Numbered from the stretch's first letter, positions 19,873-29,110 are shown. The stretch is 64,000 nt of DNA from Gemmatimonadales bacterium (GCA_041615815.1 JBFJCP010000001.1:1-64000); one strand, 5' to 3'. Made by a program: numbers and translations. The notes: generated from the sequence alone by a model not told the origin.

Positions 19873-20363
19873 CCGTTGCGGGCACGACCTTCGAGGTCGA
19901 GGTGCGGGGCGACACAGTGTCGGTTGGCGGCGAGGAGCACGCGGCCACGCTGAGCGCCGTGCCGGCGACGCCGCTTCGGCAGCTGATCCTGGGGCTTCGC
20001 TCGCGCACATTGGCTGTAACGCGCAACGGTGAGGGATGGGTCGTCGAGTGGGGAGGGGAGCGCCACGTGGTCCAGGTCGTGGACGAGCGAACGCAGCGGT
20101 TGCGGGCGATGACGGCGAGCAAGGGCCCTGCGAGGACCAGCGCGGTCGTGAGGGCGCCGATGCCCGGTCTGGTGCTCCGGCTGGAGATTGTGGTGGGGCA
20201 GGCGGTGGAAGCCGGGACGGGGCTGCTGGTGCTCGAGGCCATGAAGATGGAGAACGAGATCACCGCTCCCGTCGCGGGCATCGTGCGGGCACTCCACGTC
20301 GAGCCGGGACAGGCGGTCGAGAAGGGGACGAGTCTGGTGGAGATCGCAGCCCCGGAGGCTTGA
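19857..20363 (+). CDS. Biotin carboxyl carrier protein
   Basis: APMPG and EAMKM biotinylation motif; GTG start after GGAG. Confidence 0.93.
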   Translation: MRYTVTVAGTTFEVEVRGDTVSVGGEEHAATLSAVPATPLRQLILGLRSRTLAVTRNGEGWVVEWGGERHVVQVVDERTQRLRAMTASKGPARTSAVVRAPMPGLVLRLEIVVGQAVEAGTGLLVLEAMKMENEITAPVAGIVRALHVEPGQAVEKGTSLVEIAAPEA

Positions 20364-20388
20364 CCCGCCTGAGGTGCACGACTAGCAT
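20360..20388 (+). promoter_or_regulatory. sigma70 promoter of rplM operon
   Basis: TTGACC-17 nt-TAGCAT. Confidence 0.72.
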
Positions 20389-20443
20389 TAAAGGCTGTTT
20401 TGATTTGGAGTTACGGACCTTTGCTCAGCTCTCTCGGACTTCG

Positions 20444-20878
20444 ATGAAGACGTATTCGCCCAAGCAAGACGAACTCGAGCATCGCTGGCACCTGGTCGAC
20501 GCCGATGGCGTGGTGCTAGGTCGCCTGGCGAGCAACGTTGCGCAGCTGATTCGGGGAAAGCACAAGCCGACCTTCGCGCCGCACGCCGACGCTGGGGATT
20601 TCGTTGTCGTGATCAATGCGGACAAGGTGCGGCTAACCGGGCGCAAGCTGCAGCAGAAGCGCTACTTCCGGCACACGGGCTACATGGGGCACGAGCGCTT
20701 CACCGCGGCAGCCAAGATGTTGGAGACACATCCGGAGCGTGTGATCGAGAGTGCCGTGTTCGGCATGTTGCCCAAGAGCACTTTGGGTAAGCAGGTGCTG
20801 CGGAAACGCTTGAAAGTCTATGCCGGGCCGGAACATCCCCATGCGGGACAGCAGCCGACCCCCATCGCACTGAAATAG
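20444..20878 (+). CDS. rplM: 50S ribosomal protein L13
   Basis: W.LVDA, LGRLAS, GKHKP, GDFVVVINA, HPHAGQQP. Confidence 0.98.
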   Translation: MKTYSPKQDELEHRWHLVDADGVVLGRLASNVAQLIRGKHKPTFAPHADAGDFVVVINADKVRLTGRKLQQKRYFRHTGYMGHERFTAAAKMLETHPERVIESAVFGMLPKSTLGKQVLRKRLKVYAGPEHPHAGQQPTPIALK

Positions 20879-20890
20879 GTACGCACTGAT

Positions 20891-21298
20891 ATGACCCACG
20901 CCGCTGAACCGGTACTTCGATGGCACGCCGTCGGGCGTCGCAAGACCAGTGTCGCCCGCGTCTATCTCACCCCCGGCTCGGGTAAGTGGGACGTCAACGG
21001 ACGCACGCTGGGCGACTTTTTCCCACGGCAGTCGCTCATCCAGCATATTCAGCAGCCCTTTCAAGTGACGGATACGCTGGGCGCGTTCGACGTGAAGGCT
21101 CGGGTGGCCGGCGGGGGACAGACGGGCCAGGCCGGTGCATTACGGCTGGGGATCGCCCGCGCGCTCGTGGGCGCCGACGAGACCCATCGCCGTAAGCTCC
21201 GCGACCACGGGTTGCTGACACGAGATCCGCGGGCCGTCGAACGGAAGAAGCCCGGGCAGCCGGGAGCCCGAAAGCGATTCCAATTCTCCAAGCGGTAG
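20891..21298 (+). CDS. rpsI: 30S ribosomal protein S9
   Basis: GRRKTSVARV, GGGQTGQAGA, LTRDPR.VERKK, FQFSKR. Confidence 0.98.
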   Translation: MTHAAEPVLRWHAVGRRKTSVARVYLTPGSGKWDVNGRTLGDFFPRQSLIQHIQQPFQVTDTLGAFDVKARVAGGGQTGQAGALRLGIARALVGADETHRRKLRDHGLLTRDPRAVERKKPGQPGARKRFQFSKR

Positions 21299-21324
21299 GG
21301 ACGCGGGAAGGCATTTCAATCAAT

Positions 21325-21404
21325 CACACCGTCGGATCCCGACCTGGGTGTTCACCCTGCGCGGTGGATCGGGCCGGGAGGGGAAGGCGGTGGCAGTCTA
21401 ACCC
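21325..21404 (+). ncRNA. rpsB leader (t44/S2 autoregulatory-like RNA)
   Basis: CACAC...GGGTG...GTGG...TAACC pattern; CACCGTC (21327-33) pairs with GGCGGTG (21386-92); directly upstream of rpsB. Confidence 0.5.
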
Positions 21405-21415
21405 ATGGACGTGAC

Positions 21416-22366
21416 ATGACCGATCTGCAGCTGCAAGACCTGTTGGAAGCCGGTGTGCATTTTGGCCACCAAACGAGACGGTGGAACCCAAAGATGCGCC
21501 GGTTCATCTTCGCCGAACGCTCCGGCATCTATCTCATCGATCTGCAAAAGACGCTGCGGCAGCTGCAGAAAGCACAGCAGCTGCTGCGGGAGGTCGTGAT
21601 GCAAGGTGAGAACGTGTTGTTCGTCTGCACCAAGCGGCAGCTGAACATGATCGTGAAGGCGGAAGCGGAGCGGTGTGGCGCGCACTACGTCACCGAGCGG
21701 TGGTTGGGTGGGACGCTGACCAACTTTCAGACCATGAAGAAGCAGATCCGGCGGTTGAAGGAGATCGAACAGGGTCTCGCCGACGGCGCGTTCGAGTTCT
21801 TCACGAAGAAGGAGCAGCTGCAGTTCGAACGCGAGCGCCAGAAGCTCAATCGCAACCTCGAGGGAATCAAGAACCTTGGCCGGTTGCCCAAGGCCATGTT
21901 CGTCGTGGATGCCAAGAAAGAGCGCATCGCGGTGGCCGAGGCGACCAAGCTGGAGATTCCCGTCATTGCCATCGTGGACACGAATGCCGATCCGGACCTG
22001 ATCACGGTGCCGATCCCCGGGAACGACGACGCCATTCGGTCGGTGTCCTTGATCACCCAGGCGTTGGTCGACGTCGTGGCGGAAGCCCGCAAGGAGGCAC
22101 CGGTGCGCGAAGCGGCGGCAGAGAGCGAGGCGTACAGCTCGTACCAACCGGGGGCAGAGGGCGAGGAGGAAGACCTCCGCCGGCGTAAGCGGCCCCGTCG
22201 GAAACGTCGCCCAAGGCCTGAGGCGATTGCAGCCCGACTCAAGTCCGAGGGCGCGGAGGGTGAGGCACAACCGGACGAGGGTGAAGCCGCGGCGGAGCCC
22301 GAGGCCGATACGGCCAAGGCCGGTAGCGGTGACTCGCCGGCCCCCGGGGGAGAGAGCCAGGGCTAA
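21416..22366 (+). CDS. rpsB: 30S ribosomal protein S2
   Basis: LLEAGVHFGHQTRRWNPKM, RWLGGTLTN, PGNDDAIRS. Confidence 0.98.
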   Translation: MTDLQLQDLLEAGVHFGHQTRRWNPKMRRFIFAERSGIYLIDLQKTLRQLQKAQQLLREVVMQGENVLFVCTKRQLNMIVKAEAERCGAHYVTERWLGGTLTNFQTMKKQIRRLKEIEQGLADGAFEFFTKKEQLQFERERQKLNRNLEGIKNLGRLPKAMFVVDAKKERIAVAEATKLEIPVIAIVDTNADPDLITVPIPGNDDAIRSVSLITQALVDVVAEARKEAPVREAAAESEAYSSYQPGAEGEEEDLRRRKRPRRKRRPRPEAIAARLKSEGAEGEAQPDEGEAAAEPEADTAKAGSGDSPAPGGESQG

Positions 22367-22394
22367 GGAGACTCGCTCGAGGTTGGTGCGACGG

Positions 22395-22441
22395 ACCGCC
22401 GCTGCTCGGGCTTTCAAGGGTCACGAGGCGGCGGTTTGTTT
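22395..22441 (+). terminator. Terminator/attenuator-like hairpin between rpsB and tsf
   Basis: ACCGCCGC...GCGGCGGT stem followed by TTGTTT. Confidence 0.5.
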
Positions 22442-22475
22442 AGGCAGCCCAAACGCAATAAGTGGAAGAGAACCG

Positions 22476-23081
22476 ATGACGATGACCATTGCTGCGAAGG
22501 ACGTGAGCGCCCTGCGGAATCGCACGGGCGCGGGTATGATGGACTGCAAACGCGCCCTCGAGGAGACGGGTGGCGACATGGACAAGGCCGTCGAGTTTCT
22601 CCGCAAGAAGGGGATCGCGAAGGCCGAGAAACGAGCCGGCAAGAACACCAGCGAAGGCGTGATTGGGAGTTACATCCACCACAACGGCCGCTACGGCGTG
22701 CTGGTGGAAGTCAATTGCGAGACCGATTTTGTTGCCCGGACGGACGATTTCCAGAATTTGGCACGCGATCTCGCGATGCATGTGGCGTCGGCGAATCCCA
22801 TCGCGGTCTCCATCGAGGGAGTCCCCGAGCAGCTGGTCGAGGCCGAGCGGGCGGTGTTCGAGGGCCAGGTGGCGGAATCTGGGAAGCCGGAGCAAGTTCG
22901 GGCCAAGATCGTGGAGGGCAAGCTCAAGAAGTTTTTCGCCGAGCGGGTGTTGTTGGAGCAGGCATTCGTCAAGGACGATGCGATGACCGTCGCGGACCTC
23001 GTGAAGAGCGTCTCGGGGAAAGTGGGCGAGAAGATCGTCGTCCGCCGTTTCGTGCGGTACGAGCTCGGCGGCGAGGAGTGA
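22476..23081 (+). CDS. tsf: Elongation factor Ts (short form)
   Basis: LRNRTGAGMMDCKRAL, EVNCETDFVAR. Confidence 0.97.
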   Translation: MTMTIAAKDVSALRNRTGAGMMDCKRALEETGGDMDKAVEFLRKKGIAKAEKRAGKNTSEGVIGSYIHHNGRYGVLVEVNCETDFVARTDDFQNLARDLAMHVASANPIAVSIEGVPEQLVEAERAVFEGQVAESGKPEQVRAKIVEGKLKKFFAERVLLEQAFVKDDAMTVADLVKSVSGKVGEKIVVRRFVRYELGGEE

Positions 23082-23791
23082 CGGAGCTCGCCTATCGGCG
23101 GGCACTTTTGAAACTCTCCGGCGAGGCGCTCGCCGGGGAGCGAGGCTTCGGCCTCGATTTCGGCGTCATCAAACGGCTGGCTGACGAGATCAAGGCCGTG
23201 CACGGGCTAGGTGTGGACCTCGGGGTCGTCGTGGGCGGTGGCAACATCGTCCGAGGTGCTGATGCCAGCCGGCAAGGTATGGATCGCGTATCGGCGGACT
23301 ACATGGGCATGCTGGGAACCGTGATCAACGCCCTGGCCCTGCAGGAAATGCTGGAGCAGAAGGACGTCCAGACGCGCGTCATGACCGCGATCCGCATGGA
23401 GGAACTGGCCGAGCCATACATCCGGCGGCGCGCGCAGCGCCACATGGAAAAGGGGCGGGTGCTCCTCTTCGCGGGCGGAACGGGCAACCCTTACTTTTCG
23501 ACCGACAGCGCTGCCGTGCTCCGTGCGCTGGAGATCGAGGCCCACGTCCTCATCAAGGCGACTGGCGTCGACGGTGTGTACTCCGCCGATCCCAAGAAAG
23601 ACCCGGCCGCGGAGTTCATTCCCGAGCTGTCATTTCACGACGCCATGGTGCGCGGGCTCCGCGTCATGGATGCCAACGCGTTTGGGTTGTGCCAGGAGCA
23701 CCATCTGCCGATCATCGTCATGAACGTCAACCAGCCCGGGGCCATCGCGCGGGTGGTCCGCGGTGAGCGCCTGGGCACCATTGTCCGATGA
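23078..23791 (+). CDS. pyrH: UMP kinase
   Basis: LLKLSGEAL, GGGNI, DYMGMLGT, GNPYFSTD. Confidence 0.97.
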   Translation: MTELAYRRALLKLSGEALAGERGFGLDFGVIKRLADEIKAVHGLGVDLGVVVGGGNIVRGADASRQGMDRVSADYMGMLGTVINALALQEMLEQKDVQTRVMTAIRMEELAEPYIRRRAQRHMEKGRVLLFAGGTGNPYFSTDSAAVLRALEIEAHVLIKATGVDGVYSADPKKDPAAEFIPELSFHDAMVRGLRVMDANAFGLCQEHHLPIIVMNVNQPGAIARVVRGERLGTIVR

Positions 23792-24342
23792 GCACGCTAT
23801 CCGAGATCCCCAAACAGGCCAAAGAGCACATGCAGCGGGCCGTGGACAATTCGCAACGCGAGCTCTCCACGATCCGCAGTGGCAAGGCGACCACGAGTTT
23901 GCTGGACACGGTGCGGGTGGAGGCCTACGGCCAACAGCTGCCGCTGAACCAGGTGGCCTCCGTGAGCGCTCCCGAGCCACGCCTCCTCACGGTGCAACCG
24001 TGGGACAAATCGCTGGTGGGAGCGATCGAGAAAGGCATCCTCACGGCAGATCTCGGTCTCAACCCGTCCAACGACGGCACCTTGATTCGGATTCCCCTAC
24101 CGCCCCTCACCGAGGAGCGCCGCAAAGAGCTCGTGCGCATCGTGCGAAAACTCGCCGAGGAAGGCCGGATCGCGATCCGACACGCGCGTCATGAAGCCAT
24201 CGACAGCATCAAGAAGGTCGAACACGTGTCGGATGACGACAAGCATCGTCGCGAGGGAGAAGTGCAAAAACTGCATGATGAGTTCATCGCACAGATCGAG
24301 TCCCTCGTCACGGCCAAAGAGGCCGAGATTATGGAGATCTGA
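23788..24342 (+). CDS. frr: Ribosome recycling factor
   Basis: IRSGKA, LGLNP.NDG, PPLTEERRKEL. Confidence 0.97.
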   Translation: MSTLSEIPKQAKEHMQRAVDNSQRELSTIRSGKATTSLLDTVRVEAYGQQLPLNQVASVSAPEPRLLTVQPWDKSLVGAIEKGILTADLGLNPSNDGTLIRIPLPPLTEERRKELVRIVRKLAEEGRIAIRHARHEAIDSIKKVEHVSDDDKHRREGEVQKLHDEFIAQIESLVTAKEAEIMEI

Positions 24343-24368
24343 CGGGGCGTTCCCCCGGGACCTCATCC

Positions 24369-25229
24369 ATGTCGTCCAATCTCGCCCGCCGTATCACCGT
24401 CGCTGCGGTTGCCATTCCCGCGGCGCTCGGGATCGTGTACCTGGGTGGCTGGGTCCTCGCGCTCACCGTGGCGGTGCTCGCGGTGGTGGGTACCCACGAG
24501 CTGTTCGGGCTTGCCCGTCGTGCGGGAGTCCGTCCGCTGGCGGTGCCCGGGTACGCCGGCGCCGCGATCATACCACTGCTTGGCTTTGCGACCCTGCCGG
24601 AAGGGCTTGCCCTTTCCGGCATGATCGCGGTGGGCAGTGGCGCCGTATGGTTGATGGCGATCATGGCCGTGGCCATGCTCGGGCGCGCGCCGACGCAGCA
24701 ACCGTTGGCCGCTGTGGCCGTGACGGTCTTTGGTCCCCTCTATACGGGAGGCTTGCCCGCTTTTCTGCTACTCCTACGCCACGGCGAGCCTTCGCCGTCT
24801 GCATGGGCGGCGACCTGGCTGGTCTTTCTTCCCCTCGTCGTCACGTGGATCTCGGATTCCCTGGCCATGGCAGGGGGGTCCATGATCGGGGGGCCCAAGC
24901 TGGCACCTGTGCTGAGTCCCAATAAGACGTGGGCGGGCGCGGTCTCCGGTGGTGCAGGGTCCCTCATCGTGGCGCCCCTGTACGGGGCCCTGATTCTGGG
25001 GCCCCTGGGTGTGGCAATGCCCTTGTGGCAACTCGTCGTCTTCGGTGGGCTCGTGTCGGTCGTCGGTCAGATGGGAGACGTGGCGGAGTCCTTGTTCAAA
25101 CGGGAAGCGGGTGTCAAGGACTCGGGGTCCTTTTTCCCCGGTCACGGCGGCGTCTTGGACCGATTGGATTCTCTCTACTGGGTCATTCCGAGTGCGGCGC
25201 TGATGCTGCTGGGATTCGGGGCGCTGTGA
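24369..25229 (+). CDS. cdsA: Phosphatidate cytidylyltransferase
   Basis: SPNKTWAG, GDVAESLFKREAGVKDSG..FPGHGGVLDRLDS. Confidence 0.95.
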   Translation: MSSNLARRITVAAVAIPAALGIVYLGGWVLALTVAVLAVVGTHELFGLARRAGVRPLAVPGYAGAAIIPLLGFATLPEGLALSGMIAVGSGAVWLMAIMAVAMLGRAPTQQPLAAVAVTVFGPLYTGGLPAFLLLLRHGEPSPSAWAATWLVFLPLVVTWISDSLAMAGGSMIGGPKLAPVLSPNKTWAGAVSGGAGSLIVAPLYGALILGPLGVAMPLWQLVVFGGLVSVVGQMGDVAESLFKREAGVKDSGSFFPGHGGVLDRLDSLYWVIPSAALMLLGFGAL

Positions 25230-26371
25230 CGACGGGCGTCGCGATCCTCGGCTCGACCGGCTCGATCGGCGTGAGCACGCTGCGAGTGCTCGAGCGACAA
25301 CGGGACCGATTCCACGTCGTCGCGCTCACGGCCTACGGCTCGGCGCGGCAGCTCCAGGCGCAGGTCGCCGCCGTGGGCGCCGGGTTTGCGGGGTTGGTGC
25401 AAGGGGGGCAGATGACGGAGCAGGAGCGGCGGTCGATGAGTGGGACCGGTCCAGACTGTCTGATCGAGGCGGCGACGCATCCCGATGTGCGCATCGTCGT
25501 GAACGCGGTGGTAGGGGCGGCGGGCCTGGAAGCGACGCTGGCAGCGCTTAGGGCCGGAAAACGCGTGGCGCTCGCGAACAAAGAGACCCTCGTCATGGCT
25601 GGTGACCTGGTGCGAGCCGCCGCTGCCGACGGTGGTGGGGAGATCGTGCCGGTGGATTCCGAACACAGCGCCGTGCTGCAGTGCCTCACGGACCGCGGGA
25701 CCGTGGAGCTCCGACGGCTGATCCTGACGGGCTCCGGCGGACCGTTCCGCGAGTGGCCCGCGGAGCGTCTGCGGGATGTCCGGGTGGAGGATGCGCTCAA
25801 TCATCCCACCTGGACCATGGGGCCGAAGATCACGGTGGACAGCGCCACCCTCGCCAACAAGGCGCTCGAGGTGATCGAGGCGCACCATCTTTTCGCTCTG
25901 GGGTACGACGCCATCGATGTGGTCATCCATCCGCAGTCGATTGTCCATGCCTTCACCGAATTCGTGGATGGGTCCGTGTTGGCGCAGGTGGGGTTCCCCA
26001 CCATGGAACTGCCCATTCTCTATGCCCTCACGTATCCGGAGCGGACGGCTGACGGAGGCGTGCGACCGTTCGATCCGGTGGAGGCGGGTCCGCTGACCTT
26101 CGAGCCCCTTCGCCGCGAGGCCTTCCCGGCCTTTCGACTCGGGGTGGCGGCCGGCCGATCCGGCGGTACCGCACCCGCGGTGTTCAACGCGGCCAACGAA
26201 GTGGCCGTTCAGGCTTTCCTGGATGGCCGGATCGGCTTTGCGGCAATCGCCGACGTGATCGATGCCGTCCTGCAGACCCACGCGGGTGCGCCCGCCGCCG
26301 ACATCGGTGTCGTGCTCGCGGTGGATCGGTGGGCCAGAGAACAAGCGGAGGCAGCGTGCTGCTCACGATAA
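25226..26371 (+). CDS. dxr: 1-deoxy-D-xylulose 5-phosphate reductoisomerase
   Basis: LGSTGSIG, ALANKE, PVDSEH, HPTWTMGPKITVDSAT. Confidence 0.97.
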   Translation: MTTGVAILGSTGSIGVSTLRVLERQRDRFHVVALTAYGSARQLQAQVAAVGAGFAGLVQGGQMTEQERRSMSGTGPDCLIEAATHPDVRIVVNAVVGAAGLEATLAALRAGKRVALANKETLVMAGDLVRAAAADGGGEIVPVDSEHSAVLQCLTDRGTVELRRLILTGSGGPFREWPAERLRDVRVEDALNHPTWTMGPKITVDSATLANKALEVIEAHHLFALGYDAIDVVIHPQSIVHAFTEFVDGSVLAQVGFPTMELPILYALTYPERTADGGVRPFDPVEAGPLTFEPLRREAFPAFRLGVAAGRSGGTAPAVFNAANEVAVQAFLDGRIGFAAIADVIDAVLQTHAGAPAADIGVVLAVDRWAREQAEAACCSR

Positions 26372-27717
26372 TCGCGACAGTCATCGTCCTCGGTGTGCTC
26401 ATCTTCGTGCACGAGCTAGGGCACTTTCTCGCGGCGAAATCGGTGGATATCGCAGTGCCGCGGTTCTCGATCGGTTTTGGACCGGCCACCCCGTTCAAGT
26501 TCCGCCGGGGCGAGACCGAATACATCGTGGCGTGGTTTCCCTTTGGCGGCTATGTGAAGATGGCCAGCAAAGAGGAACAAGAGGCCATGGGGGCGTTGGA
26601 GGGTGGGGCATCCGAGGCCGATCGCTTTCCGCCGGAGCGCTTGTTCGAGAACAAGTCCCTGCCTGCGCGAGTCTATGTGATCTCCGCCGGCGTCGCCATG
26701 AACGTGCTCTTCGCGTGGATCGCGTATGTGCTCCTCGCCACTGGCGGGAGGATCGAGACCCCGACCACGAGCGTCGCGCGCGTGGACTCGACGGCGCTAC
26801 CGCCCGGCGCGGAGGCACTCGCCAGTCTCCCGTACGGCAGCGAGATCACACTCGTGAACGGCGACTCTGTGCATTCGTTGCAGGCGATCGTAATGGCGAT
26901 CGCGGATCCGGGGTCGGACCGTCTGCGGTTCGATTTCCGAGATCGACGCGATCCGATCATCCTGCCGATTCCCGGCACCAACGCGAGCGCGCGGGCGGCT
27001 ATCTTGGACGCTCTGGAGTTCCTGGTAGAACCGCGGGTGGGCTCGGTGCTCGACGGCCAGCCGGCGGCCCGGGCCGGGCTCGCGTCGGGGGACCTGATCG
27101 TGGGCGCGGCCGGCGACACCGTGCGAAGTTGGGACGATTTGGTGCGGACGGTCGAGGCGAGTGTCGGCGACACGGTGTTGCTCAGCGTGCTTCGCGGTGA
27201 CGCAGTGATCCAGCTCGCGGTGGTGCCGGTGGAGCAAACCGAGGTGGATCCGGTGACAGGGGAAGTCCGCCGGGTAGGCCGCATCGGAATCGGCCAGGCC
27301 CTCCGACGTGTCGACTACGGGCTCGGCGGTGCGGTAGTGCAGGGAACGCGCGAGACCTGGGCGCGCACCCGGCTCGTCTTGTTGACGCTCAAGGGCATGG
27401 TGCTGGGACAGATCTCGCCTCGAGAGCTCGGCGGGCCCATTCTCATCGGCCAAATGTCGGGCCAGGTGGCCCGACTGGGTGTCACCTCGTTGGTTTCCTT
27501 CATGGCGTTCCTGTCCCTCAATCTCGCCATCCTGAACCTGCTGCCCATCCCGGTCTTGGACGGTGGGCATCTGGTGTTCCTCTTTGCTGAAGGCATCCGC
27601 GGCAAGCCCCTCTCCCTTGCGCTGCGGCTCCGCCTCACGCAGGTGGGGCTGCTCGTGCTGATTGGGATCATGGCCCTGGTGCTCACCAACGATTTCTTCC
27701 GACTGATCGGCGGTTAG
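26356..27717 (+). CDS. rseP: RIP metalloprotease RseP
   Basis: HELGH, PFGGYVKM, PDZ regions, NLLPIPVLDGGH. Confidence 0.95.
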   Translation: MLLTIIATVIVLGVLIFVHELGHFLAAKSVDIAVPRFSIGFGPATPFKFRRGETEYIVAWFPFGGYVKMASKEEQEAMGALEGGASEADRFPPERLFENKSLPARVYVISAGVAMNVLFAWIAYVLLATGGRIETPTTSVARVDSTALPPGAEALASLPYGSEITLVNGDSVHSLQAIVMAIADPGSDRLRFDFRDRRDPIILPIPGTNASARAAILDALEFLVEPRVGSVLDGQPAARAGLASGDLIVGAAGDTVRSWDDLVRTVEASVGDTVLLSVLRGDAVIQLAVVPVEQTEVDPVTGEVRRVGRIGIGQALRRVDYGLGGAVVQGTRETWARTRLVLLTLKGMVLGQISPRELGGPILIGQMSGQVARLGVTSLVSFMAFLSLNLAILNLLPIPVLDGGHLVFLFAEGIRGKPLSLALRLRLTQVGLLVLIGIMALVLTNDFFRLIGG

Positions 27718-28697
27718 CGTCCCAGGAGCACGATCAGGGCAGCCACGGCCGCGATCACCAAGAGGGCCACCGCTGGGAGGAGGAGCAGGGTGACGGGGGA
27801 TCGTGGTGCCTCACCCGCCAGCATGGCGCGGACGGAAGACCGCCCAAAGGTGCGAGTGGCCCGATCGCGATCGCGGATCTCGATCAACTCATCCCGCAGC
27901 GCTTGGGCCGTGAGGTAGCGATCGACCGGATCTTTCGCCAGGCAGCGGAGCATGACCCTTTCCAGTCGGGGCGAGAGGCTCTCACGCAGCGTGCTGGGTT
28001 TGCGCGGGCGTTCCTCGAGGTGCATTCGAGCCAACTCGAACCAGTCCGTGGACCGAAACGGTGTCTCGCCGGTCGCGGCCCGATACAGGACGACCCCAAG
28101 CGAGTAGATGTCCGTCCGGCCGTCGACCGGATGTCCTTGGACCTGCTCGGGCGACATGTACTGGGGCGTCCCAACCGTCACCTTGGCCTGACTGGTCATC
28201 CCCGCGGCGGCGATGCCATGGGCGATGCCGAAATCGGCGATGACCGCGGACCCGTCCTCCCGAAGCAGGACGTTGCGGACGTTGATGTCCCGGTGCACGA
28301 CGTTCTGCGCGTGAGCGAACGCCAATCCCCCCGCCACGTCCGCCCCCATCCGAATGAGGGCATCTTCGTCGAGAGGGCCTTGGCGATCGAGGAGTTCGGC
28401 AAGCGAGTGGGGAAAGAGGTCCATGGAGAAGAAGGTGAGTCCCGCCACCACGTCCACCTCGAGGATCCGGACGATGTTCGGATGCTTGAGCCGGCCGGCC
28501 GTCTCGGCCTCGGTACGGAAACGGCGTTGAAGGCTGGGATCGCCTGCGAAGCGGGGTTTGAGCACCTTCAGCGCTACCGGACGGCGGGGGCCGAATCGGG
28601 CGGCGTACACCCAGGCGAAGGCCCCCTCTCCAATGAGGCGCTCGAGGGTGTAGGGGCCCACGACACGGCCGAGCAAGCGGTCCGGATCGAGGGTCAT
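27714..28697 (-). CDS. Hanks-type protein kinase with C-terminal TM helix
   Basis: IGEGAFAWVY, VALKVL, HPNIV, HRDINVRN, DFGIA, GTPQYMSPEQ, DIYSLG. Confidence 0.93.
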   Translation of the reverse strand: MTLDPDRLLGRVVGPYTLERLIGEGAFAWVYAARFGPRRPVALKVLKPRFAGDPSLQRRFRTEAETAGRLKHPNIVRILEVDVVAGLTFFSMDLFPHSLAELLDRQGPLDEDALIRMGADVAGGLAFAHAQNVVHRDINVRNVLLREDGSAVIADFGIAHGIAAAGMTSQAKVTVGTPQYMSPEQVQGHPVDGRTDIYSLGVVLYRAATGETPFRSTDWFELARMHLEERPRKPSTLRESLSPRLERVMLRCLAKDPVDRYLTAQALRDELIEIRDRDRATRTFGRSSVRAMLAGEAPRSPVTLLLLPAVALLVIAAVAALIVLLGR

Positions 28698-28705
28698 GAG
28701 CGGGC

Positions 28706-28734
28706 TTTACAGCGTTTGAGAGGCCAGCTAAATT
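28706..28734 (+). promoter_or_regulatory. sigma70 promoter of rpsO-pnp
   Basis: TTTACA-17 nt-TAAATT. Confidence 0.65.
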
Positions 28735-28799
28735 GCTGTGTTAAGATAAAATAGCGCATTTCTAGCGGCGTACCTGCGCCGCGGAGGATCGAGGGGTTC

Positions 28800-29060
28800 A
28801 TGAGTATCGATACGCAGGCCGTATCCCAAAAGTACGGCATGCACGAGCGTGACACGGGCTCGGCCCATGTGCAAATTGCGTTGCTCACGGAGCGGATCAA
28901 CATGCTCACGGAGCATTTCCGCACGCACAAGAAAGATTACCACGGGCGGCGGGGCTTGCTCCAGATGGTGAGTCGGCGGCGCCGCCTGTTGGACTATCTC
29001 AAACGGACCGATCTCGACACCTACCGTCGCCTCGTCGCCGAGCTCGGCCTCCGCCATTAA
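28800..29060 (+). CDS. rpsO: 30S ribosomal protein S15
   Basis: DTGS..VQIALLT, HKKD.H.RRGL, LGLR. Confidence 0.98.
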   Translation: MSIDTQAVSQKYGMHERDTGSAHVQIALLTERINMLTEHFRTHKKDYHGRRGLLQMVSRRRRLLDYLKRTDLDTYRRLVAELGLRH

Positions 29061-29078
29061 GCTTACTGGTGCAGGGAG

Positions 29079-29110
29079 GAGGCGCCTGGGAGGAGCACCC
29101 CAGGCGCCTC
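29079..29110 (+). promoter_or_regulatory. Strong hairpin between rpsO and pnp (terminator or RNA processing site)
   Basis: 12-bp perfect stem GAGGCGCCTGGG / CCCAGGCGCCTC with 8-nt loop; no U-tract. Confidence 0.55.
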
